From positions 28,272,001-28,336,000 of the forward strand of contig OX597820.1 in the NCBI GenBank assembly GCA_951406725.2: a DNA stretch of 64,000 nt, read 5' to 3'. The DNA is from Octopus vulgaris. Lineage: Eukaryota. Positions 1-14,091 of this stretch are shown piece by piece. Under the pieces are notes generated by a model. That model searched no databases, was not told where the DNA came from, and saw nothing but the letters and a program-made list of their open reading frames with translations. A program made the position numbers and the translations under genes. The stretch's first letter is position 1. Each line of letters opens with the position of its first letter.

Positions 1-39
1 ACAGTTCTTGTGATATTTTTGCAGCTTTTTAATAAAGAA

Positions 40-1142
40 TATATATATAAAACTGAGAATGCGTGTCTGTCTGTATGTATGTATGAATCCCTAGAACTCA
101 AGAACTACGAAAACGATTTCATTCAAATTTTACATATGCATTAATTAGGGTCCATGGAGTGTCGTGGGCCAAAACATTTTCAACCTGTTGCCTAATCTGA
201 GCCCGGAGCAATCTCGGTATTACGTGTCAAAAGTGAAAGAATGACATGTATATTGAAATATGAAATAATGTTGTTTCAATTTTATTCTTTCACTTTTAAT
301 GTGATAATACTAAGGTCGTCTTACTTTTCACGTTTATCCTTCAATTACCAGTTAATTATTAACGCAGCAGTTGCAAGATTGCAATGTGTTTACAGTTGCA
401 TTTTGACCCTGAAATCAACATTTAATACATGTCCTTAATTTATAGAGATATAATTTGTTGTCTCTCTGTCTGTACGATACATGAAACTTGCTATAGATCA
501 ATAAAGGCATGCTGAAGCACGTTAGATTGAGTCTCTATACAGTACAGACATGATACTTTCCACAGATCACCAATCGCCTGCTGCAGCACGTTAAATACAG
601 TCTCAAGAGAGAAGGGAGAGGAGACTTTCTCAACATCAAGAAATGCATGCACGTCTGATAGCGTTCCAAGGCAGAAGGGAGATGAGACTTTCCCCAAGAT
701 CAGCAAAGGAATGCTACAGCACAACAAATGGTGTCTCAAGAGACAAGGGAGATGAGATTTTTTCCAACACCAGCAAAGGAAGCTGCGGTACTTAATGCTG
801 AATCATTAAAAGAACGTTTAGCATGCCAGATTACACAGAGGACCAATAGATTGGCTCTCAGATACAGACCACGTACAAATTTGTTCTTCACAACACCTGG
901 AGTTGCATTCAGACATGGTCCATCCCACTCTTATAAAAATGATAATTCTGTCCAAATGGGTGTGCTAAACTCAAATTGAGGTTTATGCAAGGCTTTAAAA
1001 CTTTCTCCACAAATATTTTGTCGTCAATGCTGCACTTTCCTGTATCACCTGTTTATGTGTGTATATATGTATGTATATATGTAAATATATACTTATACAC
1101 TGTTCCGTTTTTATCCCGGGCAACGCCGGGTATATTTGCTAG
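40..1142 (+). mobile_element. Non-autonomous Helitron carrying an N-terminal RepHel remnant
   Basis: The 3' end is canonical: hairpin CCCGG-gcaacg-CCGGG (1115-1130), then CTAG|T (1139-1143). The 5' region is tatatataaaa followed by (CTGT)/(ATGT) repeats. Internal degenerate ~66-bp tandem units (520-800) precede AFRHGPSHSYKNDNSVQMG..LCKALK, resembling a Helitron N-terminus. Confidence 0.8.
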
Positions 1143-1187
1143 TATGTATATATAAACACAATAAGTACTATATATATATATACATAC

Positions 1188-1245
<58 letters not shown>

Positions 1246-1828
1246 TTACACATATTTTAGGATGTTTCTATTATTATCGATTGAATATTGTATTGCAAAT
1301 TAGAACGCTAAAAATCACTAGACGGATACTTATATTCAATTAAATAATGCGTATGTGGCCAATATCTTTAAATCTTTCTTAATATTATTATATAAGTTAT
1401 TCCCAGTTGTCCATTTTTAATGAAATGTTCGTAATTGAAAAATCTTCCATTAAGACGTTTTCGAAGAACTTTCCGGAAAATATAGAAAATATTTCCTTTT
1501 AGAATGAAACTATTAAATGACTTTGACAATTCTACTGTGGAAATAGAGTACACATTTCTTAGATAAATTTCTTGATTTTGTTCTTTTTTTTATATTGAAT
1601 TAGGTTAAATTAGATATTACTAATATTACTAAAGTAGTCGCCAGAACACTATTAACATTACGACTAATATTATTGTTATCAGCATTATTATTATTGTTGT
1701 AGTTATTGTTGTTGTTGCTGTTGTTGCTTCGCTGCGTAATTGGGTATCGATGACTGCATTTAAATTTATAATTGTAGCTTCAGCAATATTTTGGCTGGTA
1801 AACATCAAAGTTGAAACTTCGACATTTA

Positions 1829-1929
<101 letters not shown>

Positions 1930-1949
1930 TATGTATGTATGTATGTGTA

Positions 1950-2030
1950 TACGACGGGCTTCTTCCATTTCCATCTACCGAGTCCAGTCACAAGGATTTG
2001 CTTGGCCCGAGGCTATAGTAGAAGTCATAT
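1950..2030 (-). mobile_element. tRNA-derived SINE family A fragment
   Basis: Reverse complement matches cttctactatagcctcgggcc...aagaagcccgtcgtata of the copy at 45428. Confidence 0.8.
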
Positions 2031-2085
2031 CTATGTCTTTATATTTATATACACACACATACACATACCCACACACGCTCAGACA

Positions 2086-2089
<4 letters not shown>

Positions 2090-2140
<51 letters not shown>

Positions 2141-2221
2141 TATATATAGAGAGAGAGAGAGGTATATATATATAGAGAGAGAGAGAGAGCGAGAGAGATA
2201 GAGAGATAGATAGATAGATAC

Positions 2222-2313
<92 letters not shown>

Positions 2314-2330
2314 GTACGTAGATGGATAGA
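2090..2330. repeat. Compound microsatellite (TA)n/(GA)n/(GATA)n
   Basis: Directly visible; representative of dozens of such tracts in the window. Confidence 0.95.
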
Positions 2331-2869
2331 TACATGGACCCACGCAGATACAGTTGTATTTATTCATACATACATGCATACGCAATACATAGAGTAATTG
2401 ATATCAAGCAGAAAGAAAACCAATGAGGTATATAAGATCTAGCTGCGCATATAATCATATCTACAGACAAGTTTGACCAATGCAACTCTCTAATGAGTAG
2501 AATGACTTCGTTATAGTAGCAGTACGTTCAATAGGTTCTCTATAATTCTCTTTGCACTGTTAAAATTACGATAATAAATCGTTTTCACCTGCAGAAAACC
2601 TTACCGGGTTAATGGTATTCAGTAAGTGTGTTCCTGCTTGTCTGTCATGTGCGCTCGCTCGCTCGTCCCAGAAATTACACACATGAAATATAGCCGCGCA
2701 TTTCCATTACACCGCGGTAATAAACATAGTAATGACTGAGGGAAAGGAATGAGGTGAATATAAACTTGGGTTATTGAGAAAATGTAAGTTTCCATTGGAT
2801 GAAGGTAATGTGTGCGTCTGTGCGTGTATGTATGTGTGTATATACTTTTAAATTTATATGTGGTTTGAA

Positions 2870-3965
2870 CTTCCACAAATATCTACTAGAAAACTGGAAA
2901 TGTTACTTAGATGACTGCTTAATCTTATGAACGTACACGTTTCAACAACTTATAGATTTTCAAAATCTAATCAACAGCATAAACAATAAGATTAAACTTT
3001 ATTATGGAATACAGAAAACCTCATCCATCATTCTTGGACATACTAATCATCAAAAGAGATAAAATCATTGAAACAGATATTCACTGCAAACAAACAGATT
3101 CTAAACAACCCTTACTGTTATCCTCATACCATATGAGACACACGGAGAATATCCCCTTCAATCTAGCAAGAAGAATCTTCATAATGTCTCAAATCCTGAA
3201 ACTCACAATAAAAGACTCCAGAAACTAAAACGAGTACTGCATAAAAGATAATATCCATTAATGTCAAAATAGATAACAGAATAGAACTTTCCAAAACAAT
3301 AAATATCGAAGAACGAGAAAAAATGAAAAAAACGCTCCAGATATACCCAATAATCTACCCTTTATTACAACACAAAACTCAAGAAACATAGAGACTTACA
3401 ATATTTTTCACCAGAACTTCCCACTACTAAAAGAAGACCCAGGAATGAAATAAGCATTTGAAATACACAAAATAATCAAAATTAAACGACAATCAAAGTC
3501 CCTCAAAACATTTCTCACAAGTGCTGCTAAATTATGTTACACAATTCCTACACCAACAGTCAAAAAATGTGGCCGCTCCAAATGCGGAACCTGCATCGAC
3601 CTTATTGAAGACCAACATTCAAATTCAAACCAGAACAAACATTTAACGTAAAATATCACTTTGCATGTTCTTCAAGGAAATTTACATAGGCTATCAAATG
3701 TCAAGGATGTAGTGAAGATTACATAGGTCAAAAAAAGATTACTGTAAAAAATAGACTGACTATTCACCGACAACAAATACGAGACCCCTGTATTAGACAG
3801 ATCTCACTGAGTCGTCACAAAGACATTTGTGCAAAATTCAAGTCTCCCAAATTCCAGGTTTTCCCACTCTGCCGATGTTCAGCGAATACCACAGATGAAG
3901 CACGAGTAAACTAAGAAAATACTTTCGTACAAAAGTACGAGCCAAGACTTAACAAATTTAACAGA
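2870..3965 (+). mobile_element. Penelope-like retroelement relic (RT C-terminus and GIY-YIG endonuclease), frameshifted
   Basis: Translated motifs: WKCYLDDC, FLDILI..IETDIHCKQTDSKQ..H..IPFNLARRI, CGRSKCGTC, IKCQGCSEDYIGQ, RLTIHRQQIRDP. Confidence 0.9.
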
Positions 3966-4399
3966 TTACATACACACATAACTATTCGCACAGAAAATTC
4001 ATTCTACCACTTATCATGAGGAAGCTACACAGCTAACAACCTAAATTTTAACAGAATCTAGCGTTGTTAAGAAATTCTATCACGTTAAAGGATGACGTAA
4101 ATAATAGATATGGATAAAATAAATAGAAATATATATTTTAGCGGTGAAAATAACAAATAAACCTGATGTAATTAGTGGGAAATTTCTAAATTCTCAATAA
4201 CTTAAAACTAAAACATTATACGTAAAATACATAAAATACACTAAATTTCGATAAATTAATATATATTCATAAATTCATTAATTTATTTTATAAACATCTT
4301 GGTTTAATCTTATTCTATTTATGTTCATACACTACATAATCTACGGCTAATTTATATTCATTATCCTACAACAAATTATAACTAAATAAATTAGCAACA

Positions 4400-5170
4400 T
4401 AAATTAGGTTTTATGTATATACACACAAATTTGCTAAACTTATTATATGAATAATTTAAACTATGTCTACATTTAATTTTTCTCTCATCTTGTAATTTTA
4501 CAATTTTCTTCATTCGATAGTAATATCTCCATAGTAAACAAAAACTATTACCTATTCGATAAGGTTTAGCTTTACAAACTCCCATTTTAAATTATACTTA
4601 ATTCTTTTAGATTTCAATTCCCATATATATTTCCTAGGGTAGTAGAATTAATCAATGTTTTATTCTTAAACAAATGCATATGTTGAGCCACCCTTAATTT
4701 ATTTTTATTAGAAGTCGACCCCACGTAAATCGCATTTAAATAATAATTATTCCTATTAATATTATCATCTTTCAGAGTCACAACACATTTATATACTACA
4801 TCGTCCAAATTAAATTTATTTTTAAATTTACATTTTGCCTTATCTCTGCATGTAGAGATAATTATATTCTGGTCTTTATTATTTTTGGAATAAATTATTT
4901 AATTTGTTAATATAAAACTTATTCAGCTTAAATCTCTTAAAAGAAGAAATAATGTTACCAACATTATTAGTAATAGAATACCCAACTCAAAAATTATTAC
5001 TAGAAAAATGTTATTAGATTTTATATTATCTATAATGAATACTTCAATTAGTTTTATAATGTTTGCTTTAACTTGAGCCCGATAAAGAATAATTAACCAA
5101 ATTTTATTCTTATTATTAACATTATTTTTATTTGTTATATCGTTATATTTATTATTATCATTAAACAAAC
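4400..5170 (-). mobile_element. Penelope-like GIY-YIG relic (same subtype as 16383-16990)
   Basis: CRDKAKCK..VVYKCVV..IYVGSTSNK.KLRVAQH..STTLG, then CKAKPYRIGNSFCLL, with frameshifts. Confidence 0.8.
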
Positions 5171-5339
5171 TAAATTTATTCTTATCTATTAGTCTATTAT
5201 TATATCTATTGTTTGTATTTTAGTCTATTATTATGTTTATTTTTTGTATTTTGGTAATATCTTTCACTATTAATTGAATTACTCAATAGAGGTTTTTGTC
5301 TCCTAATATTAATAATAATAATAATTATATATTCCTTTA

Positions 5340-5423
5340 TTCGTTTATTCTTTTACGTGTTTCAATCATTTTACTGCGGCCAAGCTGGAGGTATTCGTGG
5401 GTGGACAAACACAGACACACAAA

Positions 5424-5494
<71 letters not shown>

Positions 5495-5718
5495 GCATAT
5501 ATATATGTGTGCGTGTATGTGTATGTATATGTATGTAAGTATATATATATGTATATGTACAACGAACTTCTTTCCGTTTCTTTCTAACAAGTACACTCAG
5601 AATGCTTGGATCGGCCCGAGACTATACCAGAAGACACTTGCCCAAAGACCCACGCACTGGGACTGAACCCGGAACCACATAGTTGGGAAGCAAGTTCCTT
5701 ACCACACAGCCACGCCTA
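5340..5718 (-). mobile_element. tRNA-derived SINE family A, with internal microsatellite
   Basis: Head (rc) ggcgtggctgtgtggtaagg...ggttccgggttcagtccc; the tail remnant at 5340-5420 ends gccgcagtaaaatgattgaaac. Confidence 0.8.
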
Positions 5719-5897
5719 ATATTACATTTATTAATAAATAATATTAATAATCATATAAGTGGCCAGCAAGTACTAAAGTGAAAAAGCAAATTTACGATCA
5801 ATTATTAATTATAATTGAGGATATGAAGTGTTGTTAGAAATAAGCATTTTACTCGGCGTGCTAACGATACGGCCAGCTCGCCGCCGTCTTAATAATA

Positions 5898-5929
<32 letters not shown>

Positions 5930-6475
5930 AATGTCCTGATGCTGTACCAGGCAATGGCTCTCGTGGCTTCTGATCTTAACTAATTGGAATTGTTATCATG
6001 TTTACTGTTTTGTCTTGCTTTAAATATGGGGCACACCAAATATTCTGCTCAGTACTACAGATTTGCTTGTCAGTTGTTTGATCTTAACCAGTTGAGCTAG
6101 TGGCTGTTGGTCTATGCATCTCTGATCACGAACAGAAGTAGGAGCGCATCATAGCCACGTGTTGAGTGGAATTCTTTGGGGTTTGGATAATTCACCTTTG
6201 GCAACATGGTTGTTTCGTTCATCATCCTTAAACAAACCTTATTCAGAGAACTTTTTGAGCAGAATGGGCTACTCGACCTGAAGAAAATTCTAATTAGGTC
6301 TCACCTGCAAGTTCATGCGTTGTTTATCTTGATATGAGATCAGCATGTCACGCACATAGGGTTGTGATGCATGGTGGATCTTCATTAGACGTGAAGCCAT
6401 GACTGGTATACTGGGCTTCATATATTTTACCCCGGTGTCACTTTGATGACATCCCCGCTCGCTTATTCAATACTA
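5930..6475 (-). mobile_element. Non-coding insertion embedded in (TAA)/(TGA) repeats; putative non-autonomous retroelement
   Basis: A ~545-bp block richer in GC than its flanks, sharply bounded by (TAA)(TGA)n on the left and TAA repeats on the right, with no ORF. Orientation is tentative. Confidence 0.5.
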
Positions 6476-6494
6476 ATAATAGTATTATTAATAA

Positions 6495-6890
6495 TAATCC
6501 TTTCTACTGAAGGCACAATGCCTCATACTTGTGGTGTGGGGACTAGTGGATTACATCAACCCTAGTATGTCACTGGTACATAATTTATCGACCCCGAGAT
6601 GATAAAAGGCAAAGTTGACCTCAGTGGAATTTGAACTGAGAATGAAGTGACGGCTGAAATACCCGTTTCTTTACCACCCACAAGGGGCTAAACACAGAGG
6701 GGGACAAACAAGGGCAGACAAACGGATTAAGTTTTTTATATCGACCCCAGTATTCAACTGGTACTTATTTAATCGACCCCGAAAGGATGAAAGGCAAAGT
6801 CGACCTCGGCGGAATTTGAACTCAGAACGTAACGACTGACGAAATACTGCTAAGCATTTCGCCCGGCGTGCTAACGTTTCTGCCAGCTTA
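6495..6890 (-). mobile_element. Two tandem tRNA-derived SINE family B copies
   Basis: rc gagttcaaattccgccgaggtcgactttgcctttcatcctttcggggtcga...aagtacca occurs twice. It has a B-box GAGTTCAAATTC, and its central domain resembles the Meta/RUDI-type SINE domain. Confidence 0.9.
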
Positions 6891-6939
6891 ATAACATCAA
6901 CAACAATACTACTACTACTACTAATAATAATAATAATAA

Positions 6940-6970
<31 letters not shown>

Positions 6971-7000
6971 AAGAAGAAGAAGAAGAAGAAGAAGAAGGAG

Positions 7001-7032
<32 letters not shown>

Positions 7033-8184
7033 CTTGGCGTTTCATTTGTAAAAAATGCGGATCATATGTGTAACAAACCGATCAACGATGAAGAGTTTCC
7101 ACCATGGAGAGGCAATTATAAGGTGGTTATGCCAGTTGTTTTCCAAGTATTTTAAAATAATTTTATCGATTTGAGAAAGTAATTTTCGGCCACATCTTTA
7201 TTCGTTTTCCGTTTTTAATCTTTGCAAGTCTCTACAAAGCTGCATGTCTTACTCTATATCAGTAGTTACATACTCTATTTCAGTAGTTATATACTTCACA
7301 AAACTGATTCCAACAAATATAAACATTTTAAAGTTTCAGCTAGTTACATCAAATGCTATCCTTTGTGCTTATTATCTGGCCGATAGGATTGCTATACATT
7401 ACAGTAAATCATACATATTTAAATGGACGGTTTGGGTTAATATCGATCAGTGAATAACATTTTTTATTTTCCTTTAACGTGATCAATCCCCAACCGCTTA
7501 CAATATTCAAAAGACCACTGAAGAATTGTAGAACAAGATATATGCTTCCGGCGGCAAATGACGTCAGTGGATTTTAAGCCGTAGAGATATTTCACCTAAT
7601 TTATGCACCAATTTCCTCCTATCAAAACGAGTGCATTAAAATTTTTCCTTATCACTTGGGCTATTTTATAGAAAATTTGCAATTAGAATACGATTCTAAA
7701 GATATCTTTTGCATACTTTATGTTCGTGGTGTGCCAAGCTAAAATAGGCAAGGGTCAGAATGATATAAAGTACATTATCTCGTTCCTCTACATTCTAATT
7801 TCAAATATCGCCCAGGGGAATTTATATATCATTTGCTTCTGTGTTTGTTTGTTACAATACATTACTATACACATGTACTATTTTTCTAACAATGTCAGGT
7901 GTCGATGTTTACCAGACAAGTAGAAACGACTTTTCCTGTAACATTGTAAGCAACACGTAAATGATTATCTCTCTTCTCACTAGGCCTCAAATATCTTTAG
8001 CGAAACATGAATTGATGTGAAGTACACATTTATGCAAGTTGGTTGGCGTCCTACATGAATTCATGTTTGTATATACAATAGGACACATTTCACTACAGCT
8101 AATAACCGTAGCATATTACTTTCCTATTACCGTGAAGGGCATTTTGCGAGGTATGGCGCGCGTAGATATTGGAGATATCCATTT

Positions 8185-8243
<59 letters not shown>

Positions 8244-8244
8244 G

Positions 8245-8565
8245 TTAAGTGGCTAGAGCATCGAGCTTACGATCATGAGGTTGTGAGTTCGAATCCTGGA
8301 CCGGGCTGCGTGCTGTGTTCTTGAGCAAGACATTTTATTTCACGTTGCTCCAGTTCACTCAGGTGTAGAAATGAGTTGCGATGTCACAGGTGCTAAGCTG
8401 TATCGGCTCTTGCCTTTCCCTTGGATAACACTGGTGGGGTGGATAGGGGAGGCCGGTATGCATGGGCGACTGCTGGTCTTCCATAAACAACCTTGCTCGG
8501 ACTTGTGCCTGGGAGGATAACTTTCTAGGTACAATCCCATGGCCAGTCATGACTGAAGGAAGCCT
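8245..8565 (+). mobile_element. tRNA-derived SINE family C
   Basis: A-box-like agtggctagagc and B-box GAGTTCGAATCC, followed by a tgtgttcttgagcaagaca central domain; flanked by (TA)n. Confidence 0.85.
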
Positions 8566-8589
8566 CAATATATATATATATTTATATTT

Positions 8590-8745
8590 ACCTGACGGGC
8601 TTCTTTCCGCCTCCGTCTACCAAATCCTTGGTAAGCACGAGGCTATAGTAGAAGAAACTTGCCCAAGGTGCCATGCAGTGGGACTCAACCCGGAACCATG
8701 CGTTTGGGAAGCAAGCTTCTTATCACACAGCCATGTCTGCGCCTA
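8590..8745 (-). mobile_element. SINE family A head
   Basis: Homologous to 45428-45590. Confidence 0.85.
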
Positions 8746-8875
8746 TACACACATATTTATATATAAATATACATATATATATATAAATATACATACATAT
8801 ACATACATATATATGTACATATATATATATACATATATATGTACATATATATATACACATATATATATATAAATA

Positions 8876-9030
8876 AAATTTCCCCAAGACACCTGATTAA
8901 GGCTGGAGGAAATATCAGCCGAAACGCTGTGTTAACAACAAACAAGATGAGGACAAATATCCGTCAAATATAAATAATGTAAATAATGTAAATAATGTAC
9001 ATTATTCCTTATCTCTTAAATATAAAACAT
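8876..9030 (+). mobile_element. 5'-truncated copy of the HHR-bearing tail of 18060-18420
   Basis: aaatttccccaagacacctga...gaggacaaatatc...cttatctcttaaa is shared with 18274-18415. Its HHR (8888-8933) carries core mutations (CTGATTA; GAAACGCT). Confidence 0.85.
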
Positions 9031-9124
9031 ATCATTAGTATTATTAATCATTACTTAAGATAATTATATTCTTGTTGCGTATTTAATTTTAATCTAAAGA
9101 TTTTATATATCAGGTACAAAATAT

Positions 9125-9275
9125 TCTTTTCTACTCTAGGCACATGGCCCGAAATTTTTGTGGAGGGGCCAGTCGATTACATCAACCCCAGTGCGCAACT
9201 GGTACTTAGTTTATCAATCCCGCGAAAGGACGAGAGGCAAATTCGACATCAACAGAATTTGAACTCAGAACGATC
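9125..9275 (-). mobile_element. SINE family B fragment
   Basis: Homologous to 21958-22112. Confidence 0.8.
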
Positions 9276-9849
9276 AAGTATAAAATATTGTCATGCCTAC
9301 CGCTACTTTTATTTTTCAAGCATAGAAAGATAAAAATATGAATGACATAACGGTTGGATTTGAACCCAGAACTAAATATTGCGAGACATTTTCTTTTGCT
9401 CACTATCGATTACACATATCACTGTCATATTACAGGATAATGATCTGATATTTATAAAAATATTTAAATCACTCGAGGAAAAACGCAAGAAGATTGTATC
9501 AACACAAATATGTCATTTGTACGCTCTCTCCAATGCTCAGGGGAGGAAATACCAGGTTAAGAGCAATGATGTGAGTGAAGTAGATAAAAAGAGACGAAGC
9601 AAATGCAAAGAGGGTGTTATGTCGAATACTCAATCATTTCCGCTACAACCGTCAGTTTCTTAAGAACATGTTGATAGCTGCTAAAATAGTATGACTTCCC
9701 CACCGATACAATATCAGACATATACAGGAATACCTGGCAAAAACTCATTCATAATAGGAACTAAATTACTGCCATATAAACTGCTGCTGATCAGGTTTCC
9801 CTTGATATTCCAAACATAGGAATCTTGCCATCGAAATTTATTAATATAC

Positions 9850-10420
9850 AGATATATAATCTATTCCCAATACACACATTTTGTGTCATTCACTTTGGTT
9901 GCTGTTTCATATATTATCTCTTCCCCTGCTCTGTTTCAATATGTCTATGAAACTTACCTTCTCTCTCTCACTCTCACTCTCTCTCTCTGTCTCTCTCTCT
10001 CTCTGTCTCTCTCTGTCTCTGTCTCTCTGTAAAATGTACATCAATGACTTACTTGACATTGCATACAACAATACCCTAATTTATATGGATGACGTAAACT
10101 TTGGATAAACCTCATCCTCCTCGAAAGTCTGCCATCAGCACGGAACCTAGGCATCACATGACAAAATTGATTCGATTCCACGAAGACAAATCTTGAGAGC
10201 ATTCTTCAGTAGAAAGTGAATTTAACAGCACATACAAAAAATGTCTCAACTCCACTTGTCAGTGTCCTTCAGCGGGGCCATGCCTCTCTTGTCTATTTTA
10301 AAAAGATAAAAATCAACCAATCAAAAAGCAAAGAAATTAACCCTATCACCAACTAAACATGAGAAGTATTCAACTAGAGCCCAGATGAAAGGCTAGAAGT
10401 TCCTACCGTTAATCGGCTAT
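9850..10420 (+). mobile_element. Degenerate CR1/L2-type LINE RT fragment split by (TC)n
   Basis: MYINDLLDI..LIYMDD resembles the LYINDL..YADD RT motif. Confidence 0.5.
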
Positions 10421-10490
10421 ATTTACATACCGAATTCTACCAGTAAATAATTGTGGTCTTTTTTAAAAACCATTATAGAAATTATTTACT

Positions 10491-10519
<29 letters not shown>

Positions 10520-10523
<4 letters not shown>

Positions 10524-10690
10524 CGACGGGCTTCTTTCAGTTTCTGTCTACCAAATCCAGTCGCAAGGCCTTAGTCGGCCCGAGGGTATAGTAGAACACG
10601 CTTGCCCAAGGTGCCACACAGTGGGACTGAACCTGGAACCATGTAGTTGGTAAGCAAGCTACTTACCGCAGAGCCACTTCTGCGCCTATG
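10520..10690 (-). mobile_element. SINE family A head
   Basis: Homologous to 45428-45590. Confidence 0.85.
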
Positions 10691-10995
10691 TATATATTTC
10701 TTATACACACGCATGAATAAATTTGCGGCAATTTTTACTATTACCAAAAGTGCTTCAAGCATAGTAGCAGGATATAAGTAGATTGATTTGAATATTGCGT
10801 AAAACGAAAAGGTAAAAGAATATGCTATGTTTTTATTTTCCTATATTCATTTTTATTTTTGATCGATATCCTGAAGGCTGTAAAGAATTTGGTTATTAAA
10901 CCGTTGAAATATGAATAGTAATAAAGCTTGGAGGATATATATGCACAAAGTATTATAATATGCTAAAGACAAATACCTATAGACGATAAATATGT

Positions 10996-11048
<53 letters not shown>

Positions 11049-11805
11049 AGTGCGTACGTGTGTATAATTTTATGGTGAATAATTGTATGTATGTATTGTA
11101 TGTATATCTATAGAGAAACAGTAGGGAAGTCTTATATATACATATATCTTTGTATATGAACGCATATCTGTGTGAGTGCGTGAGGGTGTATTTATATATG
11201 TATGTATATAGGTGCATGTGTCAAAGAATATAGTCATATTTCCTTTGTGTAGGTTGCTATTCAAAGAAATCTGTCGAAGCAAGTTTTATTTTCAATGAAT
11301 AATGGATGAATTTATAATGTGGAAGTAAAACATACTTTGTAATTTTGTAACGATTTTGTCCTTTTACACTCAGACACAAATGCATACCCGCACACACGCA
11401 AACACGCACACCCGCACACCCGCACACCCACACGTATACGCACGCATTGTTCAACTGGGAATAGAGCACGGACATTTTTTGTTTCAGATCGACAATTTAA
11501 ATTAGAGTACTTGTTAACCACTCCGTTTGACCCTTGCATTTACAGCTACTATTCATCGCAGTCTTCCATACATATATCTATTCATAAAAACAATTACGTA
11601 TATAAATATATGGTTGGATTTGGTTGGCAAGATTCTTTATGAGAGTTCGTGTGTTGAAGCATATTTTGTTGTGCCGGGAAGAGTCTTTCTCTTTTAGTAC
11701 CTTATAATTTACCACATTGGTAAAGTAAATGAGCGAAAACTTTATCGTTAAGTCTGTTGAATTATAAGGCACTAAAAGAGAATGACTCTTCCCCAGACAC
11801 AAGAG

Positions 11806-11844
<39 letters not shown>

Positions 11845-12434
11845 CCCTCCGCTGGAGTCCTTTTCCTAACCCCCCCCCTTTTTTTTTTTTTTTTTTCGTT
11901 ACACACACGCGCACACATATACACACATTGCTTAAACATATACATCACTCTTACACACATTCAATCTACTCGCCACTAATACTACCACGACACTGGACAC
12001 ACACACACACTACTACTCAACACACGCTGGCACGCTACATACGCCCCCACCCCTTCCCCTCCCTCCCTTCCTCCTTCCTCCCTTTTCTCACTACTGACCT
12101 TTGTCTGCTATGCTGCTGCTATGCTGACCACCGTCTCGCCCTACCTCACACGCCTACACACAGACGCACACACTAACACATACATATATTTTTTGTTTTT
12201 TTACCTCGCCTCACACACACACATACACACACGCACACGCACACACTCACACATACACACACATCTGTTGCGTTACCAACCTTGTCTCCACTCTTTTGCC
12301 TTTAAAAACCCACTTTGCTCTTGTTATCGTAAACATCCGCCTTTCACCATGTGCTACTCCTAACACCAGCCGTTTTTTTCTCTATCTCCGTTGCCCGCTC
12401 CGGGATCTTTCTTTCCTCTCTCTTCCTTCTTTAT

Positions 12435-12469
12435 GTTTCCGACGAAGAGCTCCGCTCGAAACGTCATAC
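12435..12469 (+). ncRNA. Minimal type I hammerhead ribozyme variant in a TA-flanked PLE-terminal-repeat-like insert (11840-12560)
   Basis: gttt CCGACGA a GAGC-tcc-GCTC GAAA CG TC atac: U4C core, loop-less palindromic stem III, GUC site. Confidence 0.7.
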
Positions 12470-12555
12470 CTCCCTGCTTCCATTTCCTGAGCGCCTATTA
12501 ATAATAATACTGTAATTGTTCCATTGTTGTTGTTTTTTTGTTTCCCGTTTGGATT

Positions 12556-12593
<38 letters not shown>

Positions 12594-12596
<3 letters not shown>

Positions 12597-13333
12597 CGTA
12601 CCAGTGATTGTGTAATAAGTAGCTTCCTTACCAACCAAATGGTGCCGGGTGCAGCCCTACTACGTGGCATATTGGGCAAGTGTCTTCTACTATAGCTTCG
12701 GGCCGACCAAAGCCTTGCGAGTGGATTTGGTAGAAGGAAACTGAAGGAAGCCCGTCATATATACATATATATGTGGGGGGGGGTGTCTGTGTGTGAGAGT
12801 GTGTCTTTGTGTGTCCGTGTTTGTCCCCCCAACATCGCTTGACAAACGATGCTGGTGTGTTTACGTTTCCGAATCCTAGGTGTTCGGCAAAAGAGACTGA
12901 TAGAATAAGTATTAATCTTACAAAGAATAAGTAAATAAAGAAGACAGTTTGTGCGGCGCGCAACATAGACAAAACGAGGGTTGTGCAGAAAGAACACACC
13001 AAGGAGAAAAGTTAAGGGAACCACATCAAATGGAAAAGCCCCCAAAACAGCACAAAATACCGTAACTTAGGTGAAAATATAACAAATGGGAAACTGGGCA
13101 AAAACAAGATACAAGAAACATTAGCTTCTCCTACTATATCCTCGGTCCAACCAAATTCTTGTGAGTGGATTTGGCAACGGAAACTAAAAGAAGCCCGTCA
13201 AATGGTAAATAGCTTGCTTACCAACCACATGGTTCCGGGTTCAGTCCCACTGCTTGGCATATTGGGCACGTGCCTTCTACTATAGCCTCGTGCCGACCAA
13301 AGCCTTGTGAGTGGAAAAATAAAAAAACCCGTC

Positions 13334-13371
<38 letters not shown>

Positions 13372-13765
13372 ATGTTGGTGTGTCTGTTTTGGTCCCCTCC
13401 CAACATCGCATGACAACCGTATTCTAGAGATTTGCCAAAAGAGACCGCTAGAATAAATACTAGACTTACAAAAGTCCTGATATCGATTTCGTCGACTAAA
13501 TGTGGTGCTCCACCATGGCCGCAGTCAAGTGACAAAACAAGTAAAAGAATATATATATATATATTTATATATGTGTGTTTGTGTGTGTGCGTGTATGTGT
13601 GTGTATGTATGTGTATGTATTTGTGTGTCTGTTTTTCCCCCACCATTGCTTGACCGGTAGTATAAGTAGCAAGCTAATAAAGTATAAGTCCTGGGGTCGA
13701 TTTTTTGTACTTAAGGCGGTGCTCCAGCATGACTGCTGTCAAATAACCGAAACAAGTAAAAGTAT
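12594..13765 (+). mobile_element. Cluster of SINE family A copies and fragments
   Basis: Heads at 12594, about 13125 (partial) and 13203; tails ending ...gacaaaacaagtaaaa at about 13545 and ...gaaacaagtaaaa at about 13760. Confidence 0.85.
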
Positions 13766-13986
13766 ATATATATATATAGTTTTTTGAGGGTGTACAAGGT
13801 GTACAAGGCTGTCAGTGGTTTCATGTAAAGAAATGCTGAGAAATATAAGTGCGCCACAACGAGGTGTTAGTAATTATCCCTATTTGGAATGGGAATACCA
13901 GGTATAGTTAACCCACAAATGAAAAACATCTATCCACCAATGCGATATTGAGCAATGTTCAATAGTAGCGTGCGGGCGTGTGCGCG

Positions 13987-14091
<105 letters not shown>

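Noticed and set aside
520-800. Spaced repeats resembling a CRISPR array
   Set aside because: They are degenerate tandem units inside a Helitron in eukaryotic DNA, with no unique spacers or cas genes.
9379-9663. 94-aa non-repetitive ORF or possible exon
   Set aside because: No recognisable domain and no convincing splice-site pair.
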